Of a stretch of 64,000 nt of DNA, positions 29,816 through 39,574 are shown in pieces. The translations under genes were made by a program, and so were the position numbers. Origin of the DNA: Bacteroidetes bacterium MED-G20 (lineage in GTDB: Bacteria; Bacteroidota; Bacteroidia; Flavobacteriales_D; Parvicellaceae); NCBI GenBank assembly GCA_905181675.1, contig CAJIYZ010000035.1, forward strand, positions 12,786-76,785, read 5' to 3'. The notes under the pieces were generated by a model, which made no database searches, was not told the DNA's origin, and saw only the letters and a list, made by a program, of their open reading frames with translations. The first letter of the stretch is position 1, and every line of letters starts with the position of its first letter.

Positions 29816-30688
29816 TTGGAAATTATTTCAAAATTGTCATTCACTTTAAAAATACGGGGTTATGTAGCATTGCTAAAACTTAGGCTTTCAAGCTTGGTGG
29901 TAATGTCAGCATTTTTTGGGTTTTTATTAGCAGATGGAGACTTGACTTCCTATGTTTTTTTGAATTTAATTTTCGGAGGGATTCTAATCACTGGCTCTTC
30001 AAATGGGTTTAATCAAATTATAGAATATAAAACTGACGAATTGATGACTAGAACCTCGTCTAGACCACTTCCCACAAAAGTTTTAAGTATAACAGAAGCT
30101 TTGTCTTTCTGTATTGTTACTGGATTTTTGGGTTTGTATCTTCTTGCTAGTATTAATTCTAGCTCATTTATTCTTGGGTTATTAGCAATGGTTATTTATA
30201 CCGTTATTTATACACCTTTAAAAAAGATAACTCCATTTGCAGTTTTTGTTGGCGCAATTCCAGGAAGTATTCCTCCTTTACTTGGTTATGTTGCAGGAAA
30301 CGACAATTTTGGATTAGAAGCTGGTATTTTATTTATAGTTCAATTTTTTTGGCAGTTTCCACATTTTTGGGCTTTGGCTTGGAAATTAGACGATGATTAT
30401 AAAAAAGCAGGATTTAGATTACTTCCTAGTGGAGAGAGAAATAAAAAAAGTGCATTTCAAATAATGCTGTATTCAGCATTTTTAATTCCAGTCTCCATGC
30501 TGCCTTGGGCATCAGAGATGACAGGGTCTTGGTCCATGATTACAGCTGTTCTTATTAGTCTTATAATGTACTATCCATCAGTTAAACTTTACTTCACATT
30601 AGACAAAAAGTATGCAACACAATTGATGTTCATGTCTTTCTTGTATCTCCCAATTTTATTTACCATGTATTGTTTTAATCAGATATAA
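29816..30688 (+). CDS. cyoE: Protohaem IX farnesyltransferase (haem O synthase)
   Basis: UbiA-family membrane protein with YVALLKLRLSSLVV, NQIIEYKTDELMTRT..RPLP and multiple TM helices. Start uncertain: TTG 29816 or in-frame TTG 29834. Confidence 0.86.
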   Translation: MEIISKLSFTLKIRGYVALLKLRLSSLVVMSAFFGFLLADGDLTSYVFLNLIFGGILITGSSNGFNQIIEYKTDELMTRTSSRPLPTKVLSITEALSFCIVTGFLGLYLLASINSSSFILGLLAMVIYTVIYTPLKKITPFAVFVGAIPGSIPPLLGYVAGNDNFGLEAGILFIVQFFWQFPHFWALAWKLDDDYKKAGFRLLPSGERNKKSAFQIMLYSAFLIPVSMLPWASEMTGSWSMITAVLISLIMYYPSVKLYFTLDKKYATQLMFMSFLYLPILFTMYCFNQI

Positions 30689-30697
30689 TTTTTCTAT

Positions 30698-31939
30698 ATG
30701 CAACAATTTAGTTCCAATAAACAAAGAGAAAAGGTTTACATAGCCATTGTAATAGTAGGACTTATTGCAAGTCTTATGCTTTTTGCAGGCCTTTCTAGTG
30801 CGGTATTAGTTAGGAAAATGGATAAGTTTTGGGTAAATATTAACCTTCCTTTCGCCTTTAAAGTAAGTACTTTTTTAATTTTAATAAGTAGTGTTTTTAT
30901 GTACTATGCAGTTAAAAAAGCAAAGAAGTCAGACAAGAAAAGAACTGTGTATTTGCTTGTTTTGTCCCTGGTTTTTTCATTGGCATTTGGATTTTTTCAA
31001 TTTAAAGGGTGGAGTAAATACTACAGTCAAGGAAATGCAATTAAGTCTTTTATCACTTTTGTTTATGGTCAATATGGTCAATCTTACATTGTTTATAACG
31101 GGGAAGATCCAATTGAATACGATGGGGAGAATTATATTTTCAAAGGGGAAGTAATGGAGGGTAATTCTGTGGATGAACTTAAAACATTTTTAAGACAAAT
31201 TTGCGGTTATGGAACTAGTTTCCAGGGCTCTAATCTGCAACTGTCTAATTACGATAATCCTTATTCAATTTATAATGTAAAGAAGAATTCAAAATTAGTA
31301 ATGTCCAGTTCTGGTCTTACAATAACTAATTCCTCACTCTCTGAGGGCCAAAAAGATGAATTGTTTAAGTTTTCTTTTGGGGTATGCAATGACCAGCCAT
31401 TTTTCATGCTTAAGGGAAAGTACGGGAAAGATTTTTCAATTGCTTTGAATGGAGAGGATTTAATATACAATAAAAAAAAGTTGTATTTCCCAGCCAAAGA
31501 GCTGTCAGTTGAGGAGAGAAATGCGATTAGTCAAAAAGTGTACCAGTCAAGTAATGAATACACTGTTAAAAATGGTCAGGTACTATTAAATGACCAAGTT
31601 GTGTCAGATTTTGAGGGGTTTTTTCAATTAAAGCCTGGAATAAATATCCATATTAAAAATAATTTTTGGGAAAGAACTAAGGAAGAACTCAATGCTAGCC
31701 AGTATGCAGAGTTTTACCAAACCTCTAATGTTTCTAGTAGTTTTGTTTGGGTACTTACTTTTATTCATTTTTTGCATTTAATTATGTCAATTTCTGGAAT
31801 TATGGTTGTTAGTTTTAGAGCAAATAAAGGGTATTACAATTCTGAAAATACTTCTGGACTAAAAGCTATAGAAGTTTTTTGGCATTTTGTAGGACTTTTA
31901 TGGCTTTACTTGTATGTATTTTTAGAATATATTAATTAA
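30698..31939 (+). CDS. Haem-copper oxidase subunit III-like membrane protein carrying a large (~230 aa) soluble insertion
   Basis: The N-terminal 3 TM helices end in FQFKGW. The C-terminal 2 TM helices contain SFVWVLTFIHFLHLIMS and FWHFVGLLWLYLYVFLEY, typical of subunit III. Between them lies a long hydrophilic N/K/S-rich stretch. Confidence 0.65.
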   Translation: MQQFSSNKQREKVYIAIVIVGLIASLMLFAGLSSAVLVRKMDKFWVNINLPFAFKVSTFLILISSVFMYYAVKKAKKSDKKRTVYLLVLSLVFSLAFGFFQFKGWSKYYSQGNAIKSFITFVYGQYGQSYIVYNGEDPIEYDGENYIFKGEVMEGNSVDELKTFLRQICGYGTSFQGSNLQLSNYDNPYSIYNVKKNSKLVMSSSGLTITNSSLSEGQKDELFKFSFGVCNDQPFFMLKGKYGKDFSIALNGEDLIYNKKKLYFPAKELSVEERNAISQKVYQSSNEYTVKNGQVLLNDQVVSDFEGFFQLKPGINIHIKNNFWERTKEELNASQYAEFYQTSNVSSSFVWVLTFIHFLHLIMSISGIMVVSFRANKGYYNSENTSGLKAIEVFWHFVGLLWLYLYVFLEYIN

Positions 31940-31962
31940 ACTTGTACTGTTAATCTAAATAA

Positions 31963-32775
31963 ATGGCTGGACAAACAGAAAATATTAGTAGAACAGAACT
32001 GTGGGGAGGCAATGGTTCTCCTTTTAGAATTTCTTATGGTAAACAGTGGATGTGGATGTTTTTAGTTTCTGATGCATTGACATTCGGAGGTCTTTTAACA
32101 GCTTATGGTTTTGCTAGACATCAGGCTCCTTCATGGCCAATTGGTGAAGAAACATTTAACGCAATGCCATTTTTAGGAAATGGTTATCCATTGTTATATG
32201 TCGCTTTAATGACATTTATATTAATTGTTAGTTCTGTTACAATGGTATTAGCAGTTGAGGCTGGACATAGGCTGGATAAAAAAGGAGTGATTAAATGGCT
32301 TTTATTAACTGTTGTTGGTGGCTTGTTTTTTGTTGGTTCTCAAGGATGGGAATGGTATCATTTTATTCATGGAACTCATTACGGTTCTATACTTACTCTT
32401 GATGGTTGGGCTGTGGTAGATTACAACGCTGCAAATGAATTAATATTAAGAATGGGAAGAGGGCTGACAGTTTCAGGTGCAGAGGCAAAAACATTATTTG
32501 ATGGTGCTACTGCAACAATGCAAGGTGCCAATTTAATAGAAAATGAATATGCACCATTGGTTCCACAATATGCCAATTTTTTCTTTTTTATTACTGGATT
32601 TCATGGATTTCATGTCTTTTCCGGTGTAGTATTTAATTTTATAATTTTAATTAATGTTTTAAGAGGTGTTTACGATAAAAGAGGACATTACGAAATGGTT
32701 GAAAAAGTTGGACTTTATTGGCACTTTATTGATTTAGTCTGGGTTTTTGTTTTTACATTTTTCTATTTACTGTAA
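31963..32775 (+). CDS. Cytochrome c oxidase subunit III
   Basis: WMWMFLVSDALTFGGLLTAYG, FFFFITGFHGFHVFSGV and GLYWHFIDLVWVFVF motifs. Confidence 0.8.
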   Translation: MAGQTENISRTELWGGNGSPFRISYGKQWMWMFLVSDALTFGGLLTAYGFARHQAPSWPIGEETFNAMPFLGNGYPLLYVALMTFILIVSSVTMVLAVEAGHRLDKKGVIKWLLLTVVGGLFFVGSQGWEWYHFIHGTHYGSILTLDGWAVVDYNAANELILRMGRGLTVSGAEAKTLFDGATATMQGANLIENEYAPLVPQYANFFFFITGFHGFHVFSGVVFNFIILINVLRGVYDKRGHYEMVEKVGLYWHFIDLVWVFVFTFFYLL

Positions 32776-32788
32776 TAATTATTAAATA

Positions 32789-33193
32789 ATGGAAAGAGAC
32801 GATTTAATACAAGATCATAATTATTCTATATCAGCTAATCATAATGAGGCTCAGGGTGTTGTTATAAGAAAAAAGATATGGAAAGTAACTGGGATTCTCA
32901 CCCTAATTACTATTGTAGAAGTTCTTATTGGAGCATTTATTAAACAATACGATTCTGTGGGTGAAGACAATTTTCTTTGGCCATATGTCAAAGTTGGTTT
33001 CTTAGTTCTTACAGTGGTTAAGGCGGCTTATATTGTTTTGATATTTATGCATTTGGGTGACGAAAGAAAAAGTTTTAAATGGTTAATATTAGCTCCTTAT
33101 ATTTTATTCATATTGTATCTTATTTTTATCTGTTTAACAGAATCTAGCTACTGGCATGAAGTTTTTCAAGGTGTCAATAGCATCAATCCATAA
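32789..33193 (+). CDS. Cytochrome c oxidase subunit IV-like small membrane protein
   Basis: 134 aa with three predicted TM helices, directly after the subunit III genes. VVKAAYIVLIFMHLGDE resembles the prokaryotic CoxIV/CyoD family. Confidence 0.6.
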   Translation: MERDDLIQDHNYSISANHNEAQGVVIRKKIWKVTGILTLITIVEVLIGAFIKQYDSVGEDNFLWPYVKVGFLVLTVVKAAYIVLIFMHLGDERKSFKWLILAPYILFILYLIFICLTESSYWHEVFQGVNSINP

Positions 33194-33198
33194 TTACA

Positions 33199-34395
33199 GT
33201 GATTTCTCGTAGAAAAGGTTTTTTAATTTTAGCTCTTATTTTTGGAGCTTTTTTATCATCACTTGGTTTTTTACTTCTTGGTGACACATCATATAAATCA
33301 CAACCTGTTTTCGGTCAACTAAATGATCCTTTCAGTATAGTTGACTATAAAGGAGATACAATTTCTTCATGTGATTGGAATGACAAAATTATTTTATATA
33401 ATTTTTTATCTGTAGAATGCCCTACTGATTTTGAAAAATGCCCCTTTAGATTAGAGTGGTTTAAGATTAAAATTTATAATGAATTGGTAGACAATATTGG
33501 TTTTGACGATGTTATTGTAGTTACCTCCTTTATAGAATCAACTCAAGATGTTGATTTCCGTATTAAGCAGTTTAGAGATTTTAATAAAATTGACAGTGAA
33601 AAATGGATAATGACTGCGTCAAAATATATACCATATTTCGATAATGAATTTACAAAAGGCAATCCATGGACAAAAAAAGACACGCTTTTTGGCTTCGAAA
33701 GGCAAGCGCACTTAATGACATTGTTGGTAGATAAAAATCAAAAAATAAGAGGGAAATATTTTACATATAATTTTGGAGAAATAAGAAGAATTACTAAAGA
33801 AATAAGCTTGCTTTTAAAAGAAGAACAGCAAAAACCAGAGTTAAAAGAGTTGCCAATTTATGGAAACAAAGAATTTGATGTTTCTATAGACAAAGACACC
33901 CTGTACCATGAAATTCCTGAATGGTCTTTTATAAATCAAAATGCCCAAATCATTTCCTCTAAAAAGCTTGACAATAAAATTAAACTGGTAGATTTCTTTT
34001 TTACAAGTTGTCCAACCATTTGTCCTAAAATGACGCTTAATATGGTTAAAATACAAAGTTTACTTAATGATAACTGTCTCTCAGATATTGAATTGTTGTC
34101 TTTTACTGTTGATCCTTCAAAAGACACTTCAGAAAAACTGTTAGAATATGCCAAATCCTATAATGTCGATTCTACTAATTGGAACATGTTAACTGGAGAC
34201 CAAGGCGCTATATACGAACTTGGAGTAAATGGTTTTTTGGTTCCAAATCAAGAAGATGCTTTAGCCCCAGGCGGATTTTTGCATTCTGAAAATCTAATTT
34301 TAATAGATCAATTTAATAGAATAAGAGGCTATTACGATGGTACAGATTCTTTAAATATTCCAATTATTGTTCAGCACATCCAATCACTTCTCTAA
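33199..34395 (+). CDS. SCO1/SenC-family copper chaperone with a duplicated (tandem) thioredoxin-like domain
   Basis: N-terminal anchor. The C-terminal half has the canonical FFFTSCPTICP (CxxxC) and a downstream His (GGFLHSE). The N-terminal half has a similar length and layout but a degenerate FLSVECPTDFEKCP. GTG start. Confidence 0.7.
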   Translation: MISRRKGFLILALIFGAFLSSLGFLLLGDTSYKSQPVFGQLNDPFSIVDYKGDTISSCDWNDKIILYNFLSVECPTDFEKCPFRLEWFKIKIYNELVDNIGFDDVIVVTSFIESTQDVDFRIKQFRDFNKIDSEKWIMTASKYIPYFDNEFTKGNPWTKKDTLFGFERQAHLMTLLVDKNQKIRGKYFTYNFGEIRRITKEISLLLKEEQQKPELKELPIYGNKEFDVSIDKDTLYHEIPEWSFINQNAQIISSKKLDNKIKLVDFFFTSCPTICPKMTLNMVKIQSLLNDNCLSDIELLSFTVDPSKDTSEKLLEYAKSYNVDSTNWNMLTGDQGAIYELGVNGFLVPNQEDALAPGGFLHSENLILIDQFNRIRGYYDGTDSLNIPIIVQHIQSLL

Positions 34396-34458
34396 ATTCA
34401 TTAGTCAATTCTTAATATTAAATATTTTTAATTTAATTTTATTGATTAAACAATTAAA

Positions 34459-35007
34459 ATGAGTTTACCTATTGCATATTTAACTAAAAATGATAAAAAA
34501 GCTAATATTTTTATTTTATCAGTTTCTTCTGTGGTATTTCTTGCAGTAGTAATACTTCACGAACTAAATTTAAACATTGAGGTAGGATTCGATCCACATA
34601 TTTTTGCTCTATTGAATGCATTAATTAATGGAACTGTTTCAGTTTTATTAATCCTTGGTTTAGTTTTTGTAAAGTCAAAAATGTATATTTCTCACAAGAG
34701 AGTTATGAATCTTTCTATTTTATTATCTGTTTTATTTTTATTGTCTTATATAGCGCACCACCTTTTAGCAGAAAGTACAGTTTTTAGAGGTCAAGGTAGC
34801 ATTAAATATATTTATTATTTCATTCTATCAACCCATATAATTTTGGCAGGATTATCACTTCCTTTTATTTTATATACCGCATACAGAGCCTCAATTGCAG
34901 AATATAGTATACACAAAAAACTAGCTAGATATGTATATCCAGTTTGGCTTTACGTTGCTGTGACCGGAGTTGTAGTATATTTTTTAATATCTCCTTACTA
35001 CGTATGA
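34459..35007 (+). CDS. DUF420-like membrane protein commonly found in oxidase assembly clusters
   Basis: 182 aa with 4-5 TM helices, conserved His-containing helices (HHLL, STHIILAG) and a position after SCO. The family name is from memory. Confidence 0.65.
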   Translation: MSLPIAYLTKNDKKANIFILSVSSVVFLAVVILHELNLNIEVGFDPHIFALLNALINGTVSVLLILGLVFVKSKMYISHKRVMNLSILLSVLFLLSYIAHHLLAESTVFRGQGSIKYIYYFILSTHIILAGLSLPFILYTAYRASIAEYSIHKKLARYVYPVWLYVAVTGVVVYFLISPYYV

Positions 35008-35243
35008 AACAAGTTTACATTTTCATATTGTTTTTTTTGTTGATGATTTTTCAATTACAATCTTTTTCACAGGGTTGTTCTACTTGTAGAGCTCAAATAA
35101 TAAATAGTACTCAAGATGATTTAACAATTGGAAATGGACTAAATACTGGAATTTTATTTTTAATGGTTGTACCATATATTCTTCTTTTTTTCTTATTTAG
35201 AAAAAACATTTTTAATATTTATAAATCTTTTAAGCCAAACTGA
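35004..35243 (+). CDS. Small exported/membrane-anchored CxxC protein, unknown function
   Basis: 79 aa: signal-like N-terminus, GCSTCRA, then a C-terminal TM helix and basic tail. ATGA overlap with the DUF420-like gene. The ATG at 35004 is preferred over the 34944 extension. Confidence 0.45.
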   Translation: MKQVYIFILFFLLMIFQLQSFSQGCSTCRAQIINSTQDDLTIGNGLNTGILFLMVVPYILLFFLFRKNIFNIYKSFKPN

Positions 35244-35297
35244 TTTTTTTCATTGTTTTTAGAATTCTTATAATTATATTTACAAATAGTTCTTTAG

Positions 35298-35393
35298 TAC
35301 TTATCAAGAAAGGTGGAGGGAAAAGGCCCTTTGAAACCTTAGCAACCCCAATTAGGAAGGTGCTAAATCCAGATTTAAATATCAAGATAAGAG
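35298..35393 (+). promoter_or_regulatory. SAM-I (S-box) riboswitch aptamer
   Basis: CUUAUCAAGAAAGGUGGAGGGAAAAGGCCCUUUGAAACCUUAGCAACC...AAGGUGCUAAAUCCAG...AGAUAAGAG matches the conserved SAM-I core. This includes the GGAGGGA, GGCCC, GCAACC and GGUGCUAA segments and P1 CUUAUC/GAUAAG. Confidence 0.85.
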
Positions 35394-35414
35394 ATAAAGA
35401 TTTACTAAACTTTG

Positions 35415-35444
35415 ATCTCTTTCCTAGGAAAGAGATTTTTTTTT
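35415..35444 (+). terminator. Intrinsic terminator (riboswitch expression platform)
   Basis: Perfect 10-bp stem ATCTCTTTCC / GGAAAGAGAT with a TA loop, followed by T8, 8 nt before the metH-family ATG. AAGAGAU at 35389-35395 can pair instead with the 5' arm as an antiterminator. Confidence 0.8.
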
Positions 35445-35452
35445 GACCAATA

Positions 35453-36445
35453 ATGAGTAGTATAACAGAAATAGCTAAGAAAAGAATTTTGGTGTTAGAT
35501 GGCGCAATGGGAACAATGATTCAGCGTTATACTTTAGAGGAATCTGATTTTAGAAAAGGATGGTTTGACGATCATTCAAGCCCTTTGAAAGGAAATAATG
35601 ATTTATTAAGTTTAACTAGACCTGATATTATAAAAGAGATTCATTCTGCATATTTTAAAGCAGGAGCTGATATTGTTGAAACCAATACGTTTTCTGGTAC
35701 AAAAATTGCTCAATTGGACTATGGATTACAAGACTATGCCTATGATATAAATTTCCAAAGTGCAAAAATAGCTTGTGAGGTAGCTAATGAGATTTCAGTA
35801 AAGGAGCCCAATAAACCTAGATTTGTTGCTGGATCAATTGGACCTACCAATAGAACTGCATCTATTTCTCCAGATGTTAATGATCCGAGTTTTAGAAATA
35901 CGTCTTTTGATGAATTAAATGAAGCTTATCAAGAACAAATAAATGGTTTAATTGATGGTGGAGTTCATTTGCTTCTTATAGAAACAGTATTCGACACATT
36001 AAATGCTAAGGCTGCTTTATTTGCAGTAAATCAAGTTTTTGAATCTAGGTCCATGAAATTACCAGTGATGGTTTCGGGAACAATTACGGATGCTAGTGGA
36101 AGAACCTTAACCGGACAAACCAGTGAGGCGTTTTTAATATCTATGTCTCATTTCCCATTGTTTAGTATAGGTTTAAATTGTGCTTTAGGTGCAGCAGATA
36201 TGCATCCATATTTAAAAACTTTAGCAAAAAAGGCTTCTTTTTTAATTAGTGCTCATCCAAATGCCGGATTGCCTAATGAATTTGGTGAGTATGACGAAAC
36301 TCCTGAAAAAATGGTAGATCAAATAGAGTCTTTTTTAAAAGATGACTTAATTAATATTATTGGCGGTTGTTGTGGAACAACCCCAGATCACATTAAGGCA
36401 CTTGCAGATTTAGCTTCTAAATATTCACCAAGAGAACTAACTTAA
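35453..36445 (+). CDS. Homocysteine S-methyltransferase domain protein (N-terminal module of split methionine synthase)
   Basis: [19 protein letters not shown], and Zn-ligand cysteines in GLNCALG and [11 protein letters not shown]. Ends 2 nt before the next gene. Confidence 0.9.
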   Translation: MSSITEIAKKRILVLDGAMGTMIQRYTLEESDFRKGWFDDHSSPLKGNNDLLSLTRPDIIKEIHSAYFKAGADIVETNTFSGTKIAQLDYGLQDYAYDINFQSAKIACEVANEISVKEPNKPRFVAGSIGPTNRTASISPDVNDPSFRNTSFDELNEAYQEQINGLIDGGVHLLLIETVFDTLNAKAALFAVNQVFESRSMKLPVMVSGTITDASGRTLTGQTSEAFLISMSHFPLFSIGLNCALGAADMHPYLKTLAKKASFLISAHPNAGLPNEFGEYDETPEKMVDQIESFLKDDLINIIGGCCGTTPDHIKALADLASKYSPRELT

Positions 36446-36447
36446 CA

Positions 36448-39156
36448 ATGAGTATTTTAAAGGAATATAAGGGAAAGTACAAATACAAATGGGATAATCT
36501 TCCATTCATGAAACTTAGCGGGCTTGAGCCGCTTATTTTTTCGCCAGAAATAAATTTTATAAATGTTGGCGAAAGAACCAATGTTACTGGCTCTAAAAAA
36601 TTTCTTCGTTTGATAAAGGAAGAAAAATTTGAGGAAGCAATTGATGTTGCTAGAGAGCAAGTAGATGGTGGGGCTCAAATCATTGATGTTAACATGGACG
36701 AAGGAATGTTGGATGGAGAAGCATCTATGAAAAGGTTTTTAAATCTAATGGCAGCCGAACCTGATATTTCAAGAATACCAGTAATGATAGATTCCTCTAA
36801 GTGGAGTATAATTGAAGCTGGCCTTAAATGTGTTCAAGGAAAAGGTGTAGTTAATTCTATTTCTTTAAAGGAAGGAGAAAATCAATTCAAGATACAGGCA
36901 AAATTAATAAACCAATATGGAGCAGCTGTTATTGTAATGGCATTTGATGAAAATGGTCAAGCAGATTCTTACATTAGACGGATTGAAATATGCCAACGTT
37001 CCTACAATATCCTAGTAGATCAAGTTGGTTTCCTTCCACAAGATATTATTTTTGACCCTAACGTTTTTCCAGTTGCTACAGGAATGACTGAGCATGAAAA
37101 TAATGCAGTAGATTTTTTTAAAGCTACAAGATGGATAAGAGAAAACTTACCTGGAGCACATGTTAGTGGAGGAGTAAGTAACGTTTCCTTTTCTTTTAGA
37201 GGCAATAATACTGTTCGAGAAGCCATGCATTCTGCATTTCTTTACCATGCTATAAATGAAGGAATGGATATGGGAATTGTAAACCCCTCCATGCTGGAAG
37301 TTTACGACGAAATACCCAAGGACTTACTTGAGAAGGTAGAAGATGTTCTTCTCAATAGATCATCGGGCGCAACAGAATCATTATTAGAATTTGCTCAAAA
37401 TGTTAAAGGATTAGCTAAACAAGAAGAAAAAACAGCCGAATGGAGGCTTAAAAGTGTAGAAGAACGATTAGAATATGCACTAATAAAAGGAATTACTGAA
37501 CATATTGACTTAGATGTAGAAGAAATAAGACAAAAAGTTGCTAAGCCTTTAGAGGTGATAGAAGGTCCGTTAATGAATGGAATGAATACAGTTGGCGATC
37601 TTTTTGGGGAAGGGAAAATGTTTTTACCTCAAGTAGTTAAATCTGCAAGAGTTATGAAAAAAGCAGTGGCTTATTTAACTCCCTTTATTGAAAAAGAAAA
37701 AGGTGGAAAGACAATAAGCAAAGGGAAAATTTTAATGGCTACTGTAAAGGGAGATGTCCACGATATTGGTAAAAACATAGTTGGGGTAGTTTTAGGCTGT
37801 AATAATTACGATATTATAGATTTGGGAGTAATGGTGCCTTCAAAAAAGATCATTGAAGAAGCCAAAAAACAAAATGTTGATATAATTGGTCTTAGTGGAT
37901 TGATAACCCCATCTTTAGATGAGATGATCGATGTTGCTAGAGAAATGGAAAAAAACGATGTCCATATTCCACTATTAATTGGCGGAGCTACAACATCCAG
38001 AGTTCATACTGCAGTTAAAATAGAGAAAGAGTTGCCATCTAGTTCAACAATTCATGTCCTGGACGCTTCTAGATCAGTACCAGTAGCTGGGAAATTATTA
38101 GGAAATACCAAAGTAGACTTTTTGAACGAAATTCGCTCGGAATACGAAAAACTAAGAACTTATCATTTTAAGAAGAAAGACCAAAAATCTTACCTAACTA
38201 TTGATGAAGCTAGGAAAAATAAGTTTCCCATAGATTGGGAGAATTTTAATTCTTCAACACCAAAACAAAAAGGAGTTTTTCATTTAAAAGATTTATCCTC
38301 TAAGGAAATAGCTTCTTATATTGACTGGACCCCATTCTTTCAAACTTGGGAGCTTCATGGAAGATACCCAAGAATACTTAAGGATGAGATAGTAGGTGAA
38401 GAGGCGAGTAAACTATTTAAGGATGCTCAAGAAATGTTAAACCATGCTATAGAAGAAAATTGGTTGGAGGTGGATGTAGTTTATGGAATTTGGGAAGCGC
38501 ACACTATAGAAGATGATATTTTTATTTTCGACGAAAGTGGTGAATTGTTAGCAGTTTCACATTGCTTGCGACAGCAAACTAAGAAATCATCCAAGGCTTT
38601 TAATATGTCTTTATCAGACTTTATTGCACCTAAGTCTACTGGTATTAAAGATTATATAGGAGCATTTGTTGTAACTGCAGGAAAAAAAATTGACCAAATA
38701 GCCAAAAAATTTGAAGATGATCTAGACGATTATAATTCTATTATGATTAAGGCTCTTGCCGATAGAATGGCTGAAGCAGCAGCAGAATATTTACATCAAA
38801 AAGTGAGAAAAGATTTTTGGGGCTATAGTAATGAGGAGTTTTCAAATGAAGAACTGATAAAAGAAAAATATGAAGGTATACGACCTGCTCCAGGATACCC
38901 AGCATGTCCAGACCATACGGAAAAAGAAACCATATTTAATCTTTTAGACGCTACTAATAAAGTAGGAGTGAAGTTAACAGAATCTTTAGCAATGTATCCA
39001 GTTTCATCAGTTTCTGGTTGGTATTTTTCAAATCCATATTCTAAATATTTTGGTTTGGGAAAAATAAAAATGGATCAAGTTGAGGATTTAAGTAGTCGGA
39101 AAAAAGTAGATGTATCTATCATGAAAAAATGGTTATCCCCTAATCTTGACGATTAA
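36448..39156 (+). CDS. metH: Cobalamin-dependent methionine synthase (pterin-binding, B12-binding and AdoMet-activation modules)
   Basis: GERTNVTGS and IIDVNMDEG (pterin barrel), [15 protein letters not shown] (DxHxxG B12 motif), and C-terminal [12 protein letters not shown] (activation domain). Confidence 0.92.
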   Translation: MSILKEYKGKYKYKWDNLPFMKLSGLEPLIFSPEINFINVGERTNVTGSKKFLRLIKEEKFEEAIDVAREQVDGGAQIIDVNMDEGMLDGEASMKRFLNLMAAEPDISRIPVMIDSSKWSIIEAGLKCVQGKGVVNSISLKEGENQFKIQAKLINQYGAAVIVMAFDENGQADSYIRRIEICQRSYNILVDQVGFLPQDIIFDPNVFPVATGMTEHENNAVDFFKATRWIRENLPGAHVSGGVSNVSFSFRGNNTVREAMHSAFLYHAINEGMDMGIVNPSMLEVYDEIPKDLLEKVEDVLLNRSSGATESLLEFAQNVKGLAKQEEKTAEWRLKSVEERLEYALIKGITEHIDLDVEEIRQKVAKPLEVIEGPLMNGMNTVGDLFGEGKMFLPQVVKSARVMKKAVAYLTPFIEKEKGGKTISKGKILMATVKGDVHDIGKNIVGVVLGCNNYDIIDLGVMVPSKKIIEEAKKQNVDIIGLSGLITPSLDEMIDVAREMEKNDVHIPLLIGGATTSRVHTAVKIEKELPSSSTIHVLDASRSVPVAGKLLGNTKVDFLNEIRSEYEKLRTYHFKKKDQKSYLTIDEARKNKFPIDWENFNSSTPKQKGVFHLKDLSSKEIASYIDWTPFFQTWELHGRYPRILKDEIVGEEASKLFKDAQEMLNHAIEENWLEVDVVYGIWEAHTIEDDIFIFDESGELLAVSHCLRQQTKKSSKAFNMSLSDFIAPKSTGIKDYIGAFVVTAGKKIDQIAKKFEDDLDDYNSIMIKALADRMAEAAAEYLHQKVRKDFWGYSNEEFSNEELIKEKYEGIRPAPGYPACPDHTEKETIFNLLDATNKVGVKLTESLAMYPVSSVSGWYFSNPYSKYFGLGKIKMDQVEDLSSRKKVDVSIMKKWLSPNLDD

Positions 39157-39574
39157 CCTGTAGATTAAATATTTTTTCAAGGGCCAAACATTGGTTGTCG
39201 TCACAGGCCATATAATTAATATTTCCCTGAATTTTAAATGAGTCTGAAATAGGCCTAATTTTTTGGTAAAAATTTGTTTTGTTTTGGTAATAAGCCACAT
39301 CAATTCCAAAATCTTTATCGTATTTAATAATTGGTTTTTCTTGATAAACCTTTCCTTTTAATAAATAGTTTTTTTGTTTTTTGAATTCCACAATTGTAGG
39401 TAGTGGACCTTGATTAGGGAAAGGAACATCAACAGCGTATAAGTGCCAGTTTGAATCTATTTCTGCACTAAATACAACTGTATTTTTATTATAAGAAATA
39501 TTCCAATTTACTGGATTTTGAGAAAATGAAATTAGATAAATAAAAAAGGCAATAAATAAGAAGATAGATCTCAT
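39140..39574 (-). CDS. Stand-alone DsbD-alpha-like (DsbD/DsbC N-terminal domain) periplasmic protein
   Basis: Signal peptide. WHLYA... and ...[12 protein letters not shown] resemble the N-terminal domain of the adjacent DsbD (FTFQTCDDNHCL). The ATG directly follows the dsbD stop (TAAATG). Confidence 0.55.
   Translation of the reverse strand: MRSIFLFIAFFIYLISFSQNPVNWNISYNKNTVVFSAEIDSNWHLYAVDVPFPNQGPLPTIVEFKKQKNYLLKGKVYQEKPIIKYDKDFGIDVAYYQNKTNFYQKIRPISDSFKIQGNINYMACDDNQCLALEKIFNLQVNRQD

Noticed and set aside
35244-35297. Looked for a cobalamin riboswitch and a clear TAnnTTTG promoter box in front of metH
   Set aside because: The leader contains a SAM-I aptamer instead, with no B12-box. The nearest promoter-like strings (TATATTTA) miss the conserved G, so no promoter call was made.
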